Shown piece after piece: positions 14,050-28,500 of a DNA stretch of 64,000 nucleotides. The position numbers and the translations under genes were made by a program. The stretch lies in NCBI RefSeq assembly GCF_009914755.1, contig NC_060934.1, one strand, 5' to 3'. Within the stretch, counting starts at the first letter, position 1. Each line of letters starts with the position of its first letter. The notes beneath the pieces were generated by a model, which saw only the letters and a program-made list of their open reading frames with translations, was not told the DNA's origin and ran no database searches. Source of the DNA: the human T2T-CHM13v2.0 reference genome, Homo sapiens.

Positions 14050-14300
14050 GGTAATAATGGATAACATATAGAGAGTACCCTCACTGTGCTAGCCATTTTA
14101 CTAGTTGCTTTCATGCATTGTCTCCTTCTAGTCATCACAACACTATGTGAGATGGGTTCTACTGTCATCTCAATTTCAAAGATAAAGACAATGAGTCTCA
14201 AGCAAGGTCACTAAGATCCCCCAAATGTATTGGTAGGAAAGTGCAGGGCATGGACTTGAATTTAATTCTGGCTGAATCCAGTCATCCACTATACTATATT
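14050..14300 (-). mobile_element. MIR
   Basis: tcatcacaacactatgtgagatgggttctactgtcatctcaatttcaaagataaagacaatgagtctca (MIR core). Confidence 0.7.
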
Positions 14301-14974
14301 GCCCCTAAGTTTCTTCCACTCCCTATGAAATCCCTTCCCCCGACAGTGCATCATTAAATGTTCATTAAGAAAACTTTTGCTTCCTAATATCTTACAGGTA
14401 AACTCCAACTTCTTAAATTAGGCAAGAAATACAAATAGATGAAGATTCGCTACACTATTTGTTCAGTGACTATTATAAGCTGGATATAGCAGGTCTAAAA
14501 GAGAGAAGCAGGCTTGCTCTTTGAATACCCAGAGTCTCATTTATGCACTGAAGCCACCCATGATGATGTCTATCCAAAAGAATTTTCAGTTCCCTCTGCT
14601 CCCAACCAGGGATGCTTTGGGGACTAAATAGATATTGCTCACAGAACATAAAGTAATAATATAGTTAATGATAAACCATCCAGGAGCTCTTCTGCTATTA
14701 TGAGATCATTTAAAAATAACCATCTCTGAGGTCCGAAAACAGTAAATAATGTCAGCCAAATAGCTTTGACATTCAGGTTCCAAGCATTCTAATGTAGAGG
14801 GTAATTCAATGCACTCTTATAGCTTGAAATGAAGACTTGCTTTCCTGGTTGACTCTCTATTAATGATAAATTGTTTAATTAGTTAACAAGATAACTGCTG
14901 GGGAATAGGAAGTAAAATCACAATGGCATATGTTGGCAGAAAATGACTTCTCCATAGTAAACATTTATAATTTT

Positions 14975-15720
14975 ATGCATTCATCCATTTAATAAACATT
15001 TATTCATCACCATTCTGGCATGAGGCATTGCTTTAGGTGCTGTGTTTACTGAGATAAACAATACAAATTCCCTGACCTCATGGAGTTTATATTCTAGTAA
15101 GCAACACACAAAATTTATGTATTTAACTGGTGTTATAATCTGGTTTCAGATAATGATAATTACTATAAAGACAGGGTGCAAATCAGATAATAGAGCAGTA
15201 GAAGGAGGTGTTACAAGGTCAGGAAAGGACTCTGAAAGTGCTGTGAGCAACAGCCTGAATGATATGGAGGAGGAAATGATAAATCTGGGAGACGGATGTT
15301 CTGGGCAAATGAAGCAAATTGTCTAAAGGGCCTAAAGTGAGGACAAGAATGGCCAGTTCGAAGAAATGCTAAATGGCCATACTGGCTTCTGTAAATGAGC
15401 GAAGAGAAAGTTCTAGACAATGAGATGGAAAAGGTAGACAGGAACAAGACCATACAGAGCCTGGAGGCCTTCTTCAAATTTTAATTGTGAGGCTATTTAG
15501 AGATTTTGAGCAAAGCGATGGCATGGTCAGATTTACATTTTAGAAAGATCACACTCACTGTTATGTGGATAATACTCTATAAAGATGCAAGAGAGGAGGA
15601 AGGGAGACTAATTAAATGCTATTTCAGGAGATGAGGATATTTTGGACTCCAGTTTAAGGGTGGGGAAGGTGAGGATGCTCAGATTCAGGATATGATCTTG
15701 AACTACAGCTGTCAAGAAGA
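14975..15720 (-). mobile_element. L2 fragment
   Basis: cattcatccatttaataaacatttattca...cctgacctcatggagtttatattctagt...cagatttacattttagaaagatcac. Confidence 0.75.
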
Positions 15721-16679
15721 GGGGTTAAGTGAATTGTGGTATATAATGGTAAGAGAAGACACTTATATTCAAGGGTTAAGGAGAGACTTAAAAATGCTAC
15801 AATACCAAAAATAGGTGTTGCAAACTGTATTTTTCTCAGCCACATTTCCACAGTTTAATGAACTATTCCCAATAGGAATTCCTGAGAATAGGACAAAAAG
15901 CCTTTACTCCTTTAAAGCTCAGAAATTAGTGTTGTGAAAAAGCCCTTGGGTCTAGGAATCTGGTCCAAGCTCTAATGCTGATTTTTCCTGGTGACCTAGA
16001 AAAGGTTTTTCTACCTCTCTGGGCCTTAGTTTCCTCTTTTGAAATGTGTAAGTGAGAAGCAAAAATGGGAAAATGTTTAAGGTTCTTTCCAGCTACACTC
16101 TTTAAGCAAAGGGTCATGTTTAATAAGCTGTAAGGTTTAATTTTAACATATGTAAGCAGTCTATAGTCAGATATATTTTCTAAAACTGAAAATGGTCATT
16201 GATGATATCATTACCTCACTAACATTAGAATAGATCCTGCAAGTTGATATGGTTTAGCAAGCACAATTTCTGCAAATGAATGGCAAGTAGCACCTATTAT
16301 AGCAGAATATGTGGGTCTTTGAATCCTGCTAGATGTGCCTAAATTTGGAATCTTTGTAGTGAAAATGATATTTCCTCTGTACCTTTACCCAGTATAGGTA
16401 CTAACTATGCTGAACTACTTTTCCTTCATTCCGCTATCTACTTCATAAAAAAGGATTTTTGATTAGAAAGACATCTTGACACTAAAAAGTTGTCCAACTA
16501 CATAGGTTCCAATTAGTATTAATATGTTCGATGCTTTATCATATATTTGAAAATTCTTACCCAATCAAGAAAATAAAGAATAAATATTCTACATAAAAGA
16601 AGTAAAATCTTTTATACATTTGCATGCTTAAAATCTAAAACAGAGTAAACTTCCAAGACATTAACAATTCTGAAATTGA

Positions 16680-17185
16680 TCTTAGGCTAGAATTTCCAGA
16701 AAGTAGAGCTTGATCCCAAGGTTTATATGAAAGTATTTTCTTAGCAAATACAATCAGAGAAAAGCAGGAGTGAACAAAACAGAGAGGAGCAGAGCAGGAG
16801 GGAGCACCAGCACAAGAGCGTTTATCGAGCTGGCCCCACGGAGGAAGACTGTCTGATGTTGTGGAACCATCTTCTGAGAAGCGTCATAAACTGCATCTCA
16901 AACAGCTTGTCTGGGGTGAGGATTGATCCATCAGCACCTGCATCCTATTGGTCAAAATTCACTGCAAAAACTGTTAACTCCCACCCCCCAACATTTCTGA
17001 TTTGCACAAATGGGGGTCCACGCAAAGTCTCACAGTGCCCCTTTGCTGCAGGTCAAAAACCTGGTGCGAGGGGCAAGAGAGGTGGCAGGGGAAGGAGGTG
17101 AGATGCTGTTGGGTTTTCCCTTCATGCAGAAGGACAGAACCATGCAGAGCTGGCCTCTGCAGCAGCGGCTGGAAGTAGTAAGTGT
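16680..17185. mobile_element. ERVL LTR (LTR33/LTR16-like), degraded
   Basis: ccagaaagtagagcttgatcccaaggttt...gcgtttatcgagctggcccca resembles LTR33. Confidence 0.5.
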
Positions 17186-17284
17186 GATGCATAAGAAATG
17201 TCTGATTCAAAGCATTTCCTCCATTAGATGTAAAAATGCAAGGTAGAAGAGAAGGGCCTCTTTAGCAACATACGTGAGAATGAT

Positions 17285-17740
17285 TTATGGGACTTAGCCT
17301 ACAGTAAAAATGACATGGGTTAACCATGACATGTAGTGCCCAAGCCAAACAAAACAAACAAAAGCAATACTACATTGGGTAGCATTAACCAGAGTAGAGT
17401 GTCCAGAAATAGGAAGATGCTCATACAGTTCTCCTCTGTATAGGTCAGATTACACAAAGCAGACTAGGATACAAGAAAAGTGGCCATGACAGCTAGGCGA
17501 ACTATAACCTATACTAGAAAGAGAGTTACAGATAAAGGAATTAGAGAATTTTATTAGTAGAATAGCAGAAAAAGAAATTATGCTATGTATTCTATATCCT
17601 AGTACTTAAAAGTGTTCATATGGAAGACAGCTGAGAGTTAATTTTGTGAGAAATAACAGGTAGAAATAAAAATCCACAGTTGAAGTCATTAAAACACATT
17701 TTTTGTTATTAAAATCTGTTCACATAAGGAATGTGTATCT
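17285..17740 (+). mobile_element. L3/CR1 LINE fragment
   Basis: aagcaatactacattgggtagcattaaccagagtagagtgtccagaaataggaag...ggtcagattacac matches the CR1/L3 RT-region signature. Confidence 0.65.
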
Positions 17741-19019
17741 TGGAGTGAGGTAGAATAATACTAAAGGTATCGGTGTACTTTGGGGGGTTATAGAAACAGA
17801 GCATGGGATTTTTGAGTTAGAGAATATGTACGTGAATGTAGACCCTAGAATTTCTAGCTGGATGATAACTGACAAGTTGTCTGATGTCTCTGCGTCTCAG
17901 TTTTCTCAACAGAATAATGGTAATACTCTCAGGGTTAATGCAAGAATTACCAGATATAAGGCTGTATATGAATCTTCAGGAGTACTAAATGTCCTGCTAT
18001 CAACATTCACAGTAGTTACTGAGAGGTAGAAAGTATATCAAGATTTTTAAATGAAGGAAAGTTTTCTTAGGTTAGAAGAGTGAGCTTTAACATCACATAT
18101 GTAGCTGGCATTGTCAGTTCCAGCAGCAACTTGGACTCTATGGAGAAAAGCCTGTGTTCTCTAGAGCCAAAACTCCTCCAGTGGCAAGAATTGCTGTATT
18201 TCAAAATGGGGCTTATTTGAATGGAAAGAAAGACACTCAAACTGTAATGAGCCTCCAAGGCATTTTATAAAATTCTCATTAGAAAATAACATGGCCAACA
18301 GGCTATATGGGTACTAAATCTAAGAACAAATAACATGAATGAGATACTAAACGTTCAAAGCCTATACTGTTTGCTAAAAAGCATAAATCCAATTGATCAG
18401 ATGCCAAATTAAATGTAGAGAGACTAACAAAATATTACTGTAGCAGAAAATAATGTTAGAAATTAAGCAAATGAATAGACATTCTCCTGCTGGTGAATAT
18501 TTGTGGCAATTATTGAAAAATTTTGCAAGCATGTGGTATTTTAACAAACCTTAACATTATATGATATGCAATTGTATGTGAGAAAGCTCTGGGGTGTTTT
18601 GCTCTGAGAACTGGATGGCGTTCTATCCTTGCCTCTAATGAGAGGCATGTAAATAATGTAAAACAAACATGGATTTGGCACTCAGATGGTGTTAACGAAT
18701 GAGCAGCGCTGACCACCACCTCTTTTCATTTGGGACAGGTGACTATGTGTGTAGCAAGTTCCTCTGTGCTAATGACAGATTAAAGCTGTTTGACAGCGTC
18801 CATGAAGTGTAGACACTTGATAGAAGACAGCATTGCAACTGGCCCTTTGAAAAAAATTAGTGACTTTTTAATTGCAAGGTTATTAAAATCAATGTAAACC
18901 AAGTTTTCAAATACATGTGATTCCCCTACTTTTATCCAACACCATTTAAGAATTAACTAACTCATATGTTTATCCATCCATTCAATTGCCATTTATTATT
19001 CATCCATCCATCCAAGGCA

Positions 19020-19250
19020 TGAGCCTTGGAGTTTCAGTGCTTGATTTCTGAATCTTGAACCTCAATTTAGTAACAATACAACCTTAGACAATTTACTTAA
19101 CCTTCCTAAGCTGCAGTTTCCTCTTGTATAAAATGGAGGTAATAATAGCAATTACCCCCATGGATTCCTTGCTGTGAATGAAGGAGTTAAAGTGTTAAAA
19201 TGCCTAACACTGGGTCCAGAATGTAGTAATCACTCAGTGTTAAACGTAAT
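19020..19250 (+). mobile_element. MIR
   Basis: ccttagacaatttacttaaccttcctaagctgcagtttcctcttgtataaaatggaggtaataatag. Confidence 0.75.
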
Positions 19251-20654
19251 AGTGGTTATTTCATTCAAATATTAATTATGTACCTGCTGACCATTGGTAC
19301 TCAAAAAACATGCTCAATAATTCTTCTGTTGTTATGTTATCTTCATTAATTACTTTCAACCTTACAGATGCCAGAGGAAATCACCCTTTTACTGAATAGT
19401 GCTCATCCCCAGAAAGAAAAAAAGGCAATTCTCTAAGGATCCTACATGAATTTCCAACCTACCAACTCCTCTTTTAGCTAGGATGCTTCTTACAAGTAAA
19501 ACATGAGGCTCATATTCTGCACTTTCCACAGAATTCAAGATACCCTACCTTGGACAGACCAATCAGGACCACAAAGGATGTTGGACAGGATGTGCATAAA
19601 CTGCTCTGGCAGTTTTCATTCCAAATGAACATCAATTTGAAGGCAGTACCTGGCCCCTTCCACACAGATTATCTTGAAAATAACCCCACTATTCTTAAGG
19701 GACCTGAATAACAGGAAATTTTCCTGGGCCACCAACCCTCACCCATGAGACATGTTTACAAAACACTGCTCACAGTTTGAATCAGTTTTCATTTTCTTCA
19801 CTGGAAAAAGCCCTTGCATCCTCCCCCCACCTCCATGACAGACGCACATGGCTCTGCTACCTCCTCTCTGACATGTACTCTTTACAGTGAGCTGGACCTA
19901 GTATCATGTTAATTTATTTTTTCAATGAAACATTATTAGTTTGAAGTAATTACGTAGGTAGATAAGATATAGAAACTTGAATTTAAAAATGAGTTTTAGG
20001 GGGAATAAAATTGTTTTTACCCAATACCACAGGCAATTGCAACATCGCATCACCAAGGCAGGATAGCTTGTGTGCATTGCTTCCATAAAGAGATTAAGAC
20101 TGATTTATTACAAGATGTCAAGTGTATGTAAATGAATGCTGGTATAACATTTGAAAAGTGCATTTGCATGAAAAGCTCAATTTGTTCCTGATATTTTTTA
20201 TGGATTGTTCTTTTTTTTTCCAAAAAAATTTTTTGAAGAATATGGTACAGACAAAACCTCTGTTAGAGTTGTGGAAAAGCATGGTAAATGGTTCAATGTC
20301 ACTGAGACATTTCTTGTTGTTCTTTTATCAAAATAAGAAATAAAGATACATAAAAAGATAAAATGTGATAATAGAGCAATAAATAAAACATTTTTTAAAA
20401 TGTCATTCAGCAAATCCCAGTCAAAAGTTTTAGGTTGATAAATGTATTTTTCAATGCACATCTCACCTTAGCAAGACAAACTTCTCCAAACATGGAAAAG
20501 AAGAAGGGGCAATGGAGGAAAGAGAAGGAGGGGAGAGACAGGGAAGAAGAAAGAGATGGGGGGAGAGAGAGAGAAAGAAGCAACAGTAGCATTTCAATGG
20601 TTCAGTGCATCTTGAGTTAGTTAGGCATGGGTAAGGAAGTGAGATTAAGTTATA

Positions 20655-21140
20655 CATTCATTCATTCAACATATGTTCGTTTAGTGTTTATTATATTCTC
20701 AGTACTCTAGTAAGCATTAGGAATAAAACAGTAAATGAGAAAGGCAAAAGTTCCTCTTTCATAAAATTACATTTTAGATGGAGAAGACATATAATGTACA
20801 AACAAGTTAACAGTTTAATTTTGGATAGTGATGAATGCTGTGAAAAGAATAAAATAAGGTGTTATAATAGCATGTTACTAGGTTGACCTAGGAAGTTCTT
20901 TCAGAGGGGAAACATTTGAGCTAGAGCTAAATGACAGAAAAGGGCTAGGCCTTTTCCAGTAGAAATAGCAGGTGCAAAGACCCAAGGCAGGAAGAAAAAT
21001 GAGGCCATTGTGACTGGAGTTTCATAGGTAAGTGGAAGGAAAGTGATTGAGATAAGTGTGGAGCGATAGACAGGGATCAGGTCATTTAGAGTTTATGAGA
21101 AGTAGAATTTTATTTAAGTGAGATAGGAAGTAATTGGTAA
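20655..21140 (-). mobile_element. L2 fragment
   Basis: cattcattcattcaacatatgttcgtttagtgtttattat... antisense L2 tail and body. Confidence 0.75.
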
Positions 21141-21512
21141 TTAAGCCTCTCATTTTCTCATTTACCTTATTTTCCATTGTTCATGTAACATTTATTTTTT
21201 AATGACCACATATTAGGCCAAATGCAGGCATCATTAAGTTCCAAATAACATAAATTCAACAGGCCAGATTTTTTTCACATAATCACATAAAATAGTAATT
21301 AACAGTAGAAATGAAAGAAAAAAATCTGTTACCCAGAGAATTAAACATAAATCTCTTATGGAACCATTAGATCATAGGGGAGTCAAAAACTAGAATTTCA
21401 AACTAGATCAAGAACAATGAAAATAAAAATGCACTTTCATTTTTAGCTATGAGCCAGACTAGGTATTCCGAACAATTTTCCTATTGAAAATAACTAAAAC
21501 TCACATAAAATT

Positions 21513-23100
21513 TGTGGCAGTAACTGGCTAGATGTTCACCTTCCTGTTTCCTCTGTCTGCGTATATAGCTAAAGTATACTTTCCAGCCCTCTTGAATTTA
21601 GGTAGGATGATCTCTATATTTCCTGTCTATGGAATGTGAATTGATGTGTCACTTCCAGCTCAAGCCAGTTATGAACAGATTTACCTTCTCCAAATTCTCT
21701 ACCCACCAACCCCATCACACACACATTTGTTGTCTGAAGCATACTGGGATGACTATGAAAGCACATGTTAAAAATGAGGGAGCCTCAGCATAGAAGGACT
21801 CTGAATCCCTGTATGATTGAGTGAAGCTGAGTCTACTCACCTGTTGACTTTATTAGACTGTGATATAAATGAGAAATAAACTTTGTTTGTATTTAGCTAT
21901 GGATATGTAGGGAGTTGCTTATTTTAGCACCTACTATTACTTATGCTATCTATTACAGAAGTTAAGATCCTCAAGTAGGACATTAGCTTAATAATTGTTT
22001 AGTGAGCAGGGAGGAAAGTGATATTAGAAGCTTTAATGATGGAGTTATGACCTATGGTGATAAATGTTTGGTAAAATTGAGGCTTTGGTACCTAGGAATC
22101 CAATCATGTACTAATTGAGTTGGAAGCTCCAGGGTAAGAGGTTGGCATGAATAAAATCTTTAGTTTGTGTTGGCAACTATTATTTTCTTTTAGCAAAGTC
22201 TTATAACACAAAATACTCAGGAAAGAAAGGGCTAATTTGCAATCAAAAATAAAAGCAAATATAGAAAGTGAATAAATTTGAAATCTCTAGGGTTTGAAAA
22301 ATCCTACTGCTTCTGGACAACAAAGATCAGAAGATAATATTGGGGGAAATCTGTAAACAAACATATAGTAAGAAAGACCCAGTCTTGTCATGAATATCAG
22401 ATTAAGGGTGGGTGTGAGAGTGTCAGCTACTAACCATCACTTTGAGTAGTCACCATGTACAGAAGCAAGGGGATGAGGAAGCAAAGAAAGATAAAGACAG
22501 ATTACCTGGGAACTTAAAAAAGGGTCTTTGGATTTAGTTGTTGACCCAGGAAATTAACTGGAAAGAAACAGACGAGAAGCATGCCACGTGCTGGAAGGAT
22601 GTAATTGAAAAAAAAATAAAATTCAACCTAGGCTAAGCTATTTGACTAGTCAAAAGTTAAAACAATCTCTTTAGGTTACCGTATTTTCATGAGCAAGAAG
22701 CAGGCTTCAAAAACTTAAACCTACTCTCCTGTAGACATAGCAAATGGGATCATGGAAAACAGAAAATAACTATCTGAATGAAGTCATGAAGAAAAAAAAT
22801 GTGCAAAGGTACCACTTCCAGAGCAGAGAACCAGAGTCTAAAAGAGGAACTTCTCTCATTGTTAGGATTTTGGAACTACTATAGACAAGTGATTGTTCTG
22901 TGTTTCACATTCTTACTTCTTTCAAAGAGAAGTATTCTGGGGGTTATCTTGACTAGGTACCATACTAAATACTTAGTGTGGGACAGTTGACTTATCTTTT
23001 TAGTTCATTGGTCACCAGCAAATGAGAAGCCATATCTGCACCTGATGGTGCAGAATATACATACCTGAGAGATCTTGAACCTTGAGTTGGATACACTGGG
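21513..23100 (+). mobile_element. MaLR MLT1(J-like) LTR plus internal sequence
   Basis: LTR about 21513-21957 (atgagaaataaactttgtttgtatttagcta...taca), followed by MLT-int-like sequence. Confidence 0.55.
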
Positions 23101-23109
23101 GTTATTGGT

Positions 23110-23620
23110 GTGATAGAACTAGAAGAACCATAGATTCTTGTTACTCCTCATAACGAGTGGTAGAATTAAATCTTCCTCACACTGAATCTGGGCTTGCCTG
23201 AGTGATGTTCTTGATCAATAGAATCTGGCAGAAGTGATGTTCTTGGACCTTTGAGGCCAAGCCATAAGAAACCTTGTATCTTCTACCCAGGAGCCTTGGA
23301 AAACTCACACTTAGAGCCCTGAGCTTCCTTATAACAAGCCAACTTCCCTGATACCACCGTGTTTTGAGAAGCCCAAGCTTCCAGGAGAGGGCATGTGGAG
23401 AGGCTCTGAGACTACATGGAAATGGAGAGGGGAGAGGCTAAACCCAGACTTCCAGACATTGTGCCAAGGCACATGAATGAAGTCATCTTGGATCTTCTAC
23501 CCTAGCCTAGCATCAGACTAACTCCTGTTAAAGCCATTAAGAGCACAAAATTGCCAGCTGAGCCCTTTCAGAATTTCTTACTCACAAAATTGTGAGATAT
23601 AATAAAATGGTAATTGAAAA
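23110..23620 (+). mobile_element. MLT1G/H-like LTR
   Basis: tgaatctgggcttgcctgagtga...tggcagaagtgatg...ccagctgagccc...cacaaaattgtgagatataataaaatgg. Confidence 0.6.
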
Positions 23621-24852
23621 TATAATAATTATTGATTAAAAATCAGAAATGATTTTTGCTGATTTTTAAAAGATTTTATAAGTCAATGAAAAATAAAATA
23701 AATTAGAAAATTTAGAACTAACAACAACAAAAATACTCTACCTACAAAACATCATGAGATGAAACTAATACTTAAGAGAAATCCACAGGCAAAAAGACTT
23801 AAATCCATATTTTGGAAAAGAACATAGGTTTAAATTAAATTAAATACTAAACTTATACAGTTAGAAAAATGAACTAAAAATTAAAGAAAAGTAGTAATAA
23901 TAACAAAAATTTTAAAAATAGAAAATACACCTATAATTAGAGAAGATTAAAAAAAGTCAAATATTTGTTAATTTTTTTTAGCCTTTTCAGGGTATTGATC
24001 TTTTGCAAGACTGAACATTTTAAAAAGTAAAGGACACAAAAACAATATTAGAAATGACAACACAAAGATTTTTACTGATAACTTAATGAAAGGAAATAAA
24101 GATTTTTTTAAACATTTTATTCCAGTAAGTTAGAAAACTTAGAAAATTTGCCAATTACTAGAAAAATATATCTGGCTAACCAACCAAAGTTGACTCAAAA
24201 AGTAGCCAAAAATAAAAATGCCTTTTACAAAGAAACTGTCCTTTCCCTATTGTGTAGCATCTTTTTCAAAAACCAATTGGCCATAAATACTTGGATTTAT
24301 TTCTGGGCTTTCTATTTTGTTCCATTGGTTAATGTGTCTGTTTTTGGGCCACTATCATGCTGTTTTGCTTACAATGGCTTTATAATGCATTTTTAAATCA
24401 GGAAGTATGATGCCTCCAGCTTTGTTCTTTTAGTTCGGGATTGCTTTGGCTATTTTGGTTCTAACAGAAACATGCAGAAGAATGAAATTTGTCCCTTGTC
24501 TCACATCGTACAAAAATCAACTGAAAATAGATAAAAGACTTAAAGGTAGGATGTGGAGCTGTAAAACTACTAGAAGAAAACATAGGAGAAAGATTCTGCA
24601 GTGCTGGTCTGGGCAACGATTTCTTGGATATGACCCCAAAAGCACAGGCAATAAAAGCAAATATAAATAAATGGGATTGCATCAAACTTTAAAAGACTTC
24701 TTCGCAAATAAAGAAACAATTAACAGAGTGAAGAGGCAACATATAGATTGGAGAAAATATTTTTAATCCACATTAAGGGCTAATATCCAGAATATATAAG
24801 GAACTCAAACAATTCAATCGCAAGAAAACAACCCATTTTTTAAAATCAGCAA

Positions 24853-25245
24853 ACACCATGGAATACTATGCAGCCGTAGAGAAGAACAAAATCATATCCT
24901 TTGCAGGGACATAGATGGAGCTGGAGGCCATTATCCTTAGCAAACTAACACAGGAACAGACAACAAAATACACATGTTCTCACTTATAAGTGGGAGCTAA
25001 ACAATGAGGACACATGGACACGTAGAGGGGAACAATACACACTGAGGCCTACCAGAGAGTGGAGGGTTGGAGGAGGGAGAGATCAGGAAAAATAATTAAT
25101 GGCTACTAGGCTTAACACCTCAGTGATGAAATCATCTGTACAACCCACCCCCATGGCTCAAGTTTACCTTTGTAACAAACCTGCCCATGTAGGTACCACT
25201 GAACATAAAATAAAAGTTTCAAAAAAGACAATAAAAAAATTTTAA
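24853..25245 (+). mobile_element. L1PA15/16-like 3' tip inserted in the L1MA
   Basis: caccatggaatactatgcagcc...gagggagagatcaggaaaaataattaatgg...A-tail; host L1 resumes at gaatctgaatagacatttctc. Confidence 0.75.
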
Positions 25246-25406
25246 AAAAGAATCTGAATAGACATTTCTCAAAAGAAGAGATAGAAATGGCCAACAGATA
25301 CATGAAAAACATGTTCAATGTTTCTAATCATCAGAGAAATGCAAATCAAAACCTCAGTGAGATATCACTTTACACCAGTTAGAATTTCTATTGTCAAAGA
25401 GACAAA

Positions 25407-25570
25407 AGCTATGAGAAATTACTTAATGGATAAAATGTGCATTATTCAGGTGATGGATGACCTAAAATCTCTGACCTGACTACTGTGTAATCTATGTATG
25501 TAACAAGAAATTGCACTGGCACTCCATAATTTTCTATCCAAAAAAAATTAAAAACAACTCAGAAAAAAAA
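25407..25570 (+). mobile_element. L1PB/L1MA1-2-like 3' tip inserted in the L1MA
   Basis: atgagaaattacttaatggataaaatgtgcattattcaggtgatggat...gtaacaagaaattgcactggcactccataa plus A-tail. Confidence 0.65.
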
Positions 25571-28500
25571 GACCAATGACAAGTATGTGCAAGGATATGG
25601 GAAAAAAAAGGAACACTTATACACTGTTGGTAAGAATGTAAATTATTACAGGCATTTTGGAAAATTAAACAAGTCCCTTAGAAAACAAAAAATAGAATCA
25701 TCATATAATCCAGCAATCCACTTCCAGGTATATAGCCAAAGAAATTGAAATAGAGATATCAAATATATAACTGCATTTTCATGTTCGTTTCAGCATTATT
25801 CACAATATCCATGATATGGAAGCAAACTAAGTTTCTATCAATGAATGAATGAAGAAAATGTGGCATATATACACAATGGAATACTATACAGCCTTAAGAA
25901 AGAAGGAAATTCTGTCGTTTGCAACTGCATGAATGAAACTAGAGAATATTATGTTAAGTGAAATAAGCCAGGCACAGAAAGGCAAATACTGTCTGATATC
26001 ACTTATATGCAAAAATTTTTAAGTCAATCTCATAGAAACAGAGAGTAGAAAGGTAGTTATCAGAGGCTGAGGGAAGGGGGAAGATGAGGAAAAGGAAGGT
26101 ATTGATCAAGGGTACAAAGTTTCAGTTAGATTGGAAGAATAAGTTTTAGTAACTTATTGCACTGCATGTTGACCAAAGTTAATAATAATGTTTTGTTTAT
26201 TTCAAAATGCTAAAATACATTTTAAATATTCTCACTGGAAAAAAATAATAAAATGGTGTGGCAATGAATATGTTAATTAGCTTGAATGAACCTATGATGA
26301 AAACAAAGATCACAACATCACATTGTACCACATAAATATATGCAACTATTATTTGTATATTAAAATTAATTAATTGTTTAAAATGCTTTGCTGATAAAAG
26401 TATAAATTAGAATACTTTAGAAAGCAATGTGGCATTATCTAGACGAGTTTGAGTGACCACACCTCCCACTTTCCCTGGAACAGTTTCAACTTATGACTGA
26501 TGTCAAAGCCTAATTATGAGAAATAATTAATAATTCATAATTAACAAACTATTAAGAGAAAAATGTTCAAGTTTGGATGCATACCTTACAACCTAACCAT
26601 TCTACTCTAGAGATAACCTTGTACTGATATCTCAGGAAACGTGCAAGAAAATTAATAGCAACATTATAAGCCATAGAAATAAAGAAACAAAAACACTGGA
26701 ACCAATATAAATTTTCATTTGAAATGTTTTCTATGGAAAATGATAGAATACCATGCAGCAGAGAGGAAGAATGATCTACAACTCCATGAATCAATTGAAT
26801 GGACTTCAGGAAAATAATATTGTAAGAAAAAAAGTCTGGTTATAGAATACACCAGCGTAAATTTATTATATAAAACTGCTTAGGAATACACATAAATGTG
26901 GTTTAAAAAGAGTCTAAGAAATATAACAAGGACATAATATACACCACATTCAGGACATTGGGATAGAGAGGCTTGGAATCAGGAAGAAGGGTAAGGCTTC
27001 AAAAGTGCCTATTAAGTGTTTCTACTTCTTAACCCTTGTTGTTATATATCTTGCATGCATAATTTACTTATATAAATCATCTACCATTAAAATAAGAAAC
27101 ATAATAATAGTAATAACAGTTACTAACATTTACTGAGTACTTACTTGGAACCAAAAATAATTCTTAAGAGCTTTACAGCTTACAACAAGAACTTAAATTC
27201 TCACAACTCTAAGAAGGAGTCATTGTTACTTTCTCCTATTAAAGAGAAAAAATGGCCCATGCTTAGAGATGTTACTTAAAGTACAGGGCTAAACTGCTTA
27301 TAAATGGCAGAGCCAGGTGTTACTTAATCATTGTGCTTCACTGCTTCTCTTAGTCTGGCTCTAATTTTGCAGATTTCTACACCAACTATATATAACGTTT
27401 ATATGCAAAACAAAACAAACATTATAAAACAATCTTCAGCCTAACTTCTGCTGGAATTCTTACAATGCTTGAGTAAATTTAGCCTAAATTAAAGATGCTT
27501 TAATGCATGACTGAAAGAACTTGGGAGTGCATTAACAACTTACAGTGCAATTCGATTTACATTGAGCTTTCGATCTTAAAAGCATGTTGCCATAAGCCTT
27601 TATAAATGCCCACTAAAGCAGGTTTATATCATCATTTTCATTTTATGGATAAGGAAACAACTCATGTGACTATCTCTAGTTCACACAGAAAGGAGTCATC
27701 ATCATGGATACAGATACTTTATCTATCTCTTAGTCACACTTATTATTCACACAATATCTGTTACATTGGCCTGGAATAGTTTTTTTTTTTTTTTTAATCT
27801 TGATAATCATTCTAAGGTATGGTCTTTAGAAAATGCTAACTCTGATCATTTCACTCTTCAAGGGACTGGTTGTAAATCAGTGATGCTTGGAGAAGTTAAA
27901 AAGAAAATTAAAATGTTAGACCATGTTTGGTGCCTAGGAAGGGATAGGGTCTCAAGGAAAATCCATTTTTATTAAAAAGATGATTCTATGTACATTTTTT
28001 TCTTAGGCTGGAAATTATGATGATGGCTTACTGGATTACCTCTTGGCAAAAATCTGAGTTGGAAAAGTTCATTTTTCTCTGACCTCTTCGCTTCCTTTTA
28101 ATTATTTTAATATTAAAATATTAAGAGTTAATAATTATTGCTGCTGATTCCACATTCTTCATCACTTGGGTCCTGTTTCTTCCTCATTCTTTCCTTCAGT
28201 CTGCTACCAGTCCTCTAGATTTATAACTGGCAAATATGGTATTTTGGAAAACAGGCTGGTCAGGAAGCCATAGCCTTCAGTTTTGGTCCCAATTCTTCCT
28301 CTAATTCTCCTAGAGACTCGAATATTTTATCCCTCATCTCTAAGCCTCTGTTTTTCCTTGTTTAATGGAGAGGGATGAACAAGGTGGTTCAATAGAAGGG
28401 ATGCCTTCTAAATCTAACATTTGTGTCTCTATAGCTAGAAAACGTAATTATGAAATTGCCTAAGCTATTACTTCTCCCAGGGATATCTGTAATTTTAAAG

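Larger units (their letters stand above)
24230..26372 (+). mobile_element. L1MA(4-6-like), 5'-truncated with 5' inversion (24230-24462 antisense), inside older L1M debris
   Basis: Antisense ORF2 piece (tgatgcctccagctttgttcttt) joined to the sense continuation (acatgcagaagaatgaaa); L1MA 3' UTR to about 26370. Confidence 0.8.
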
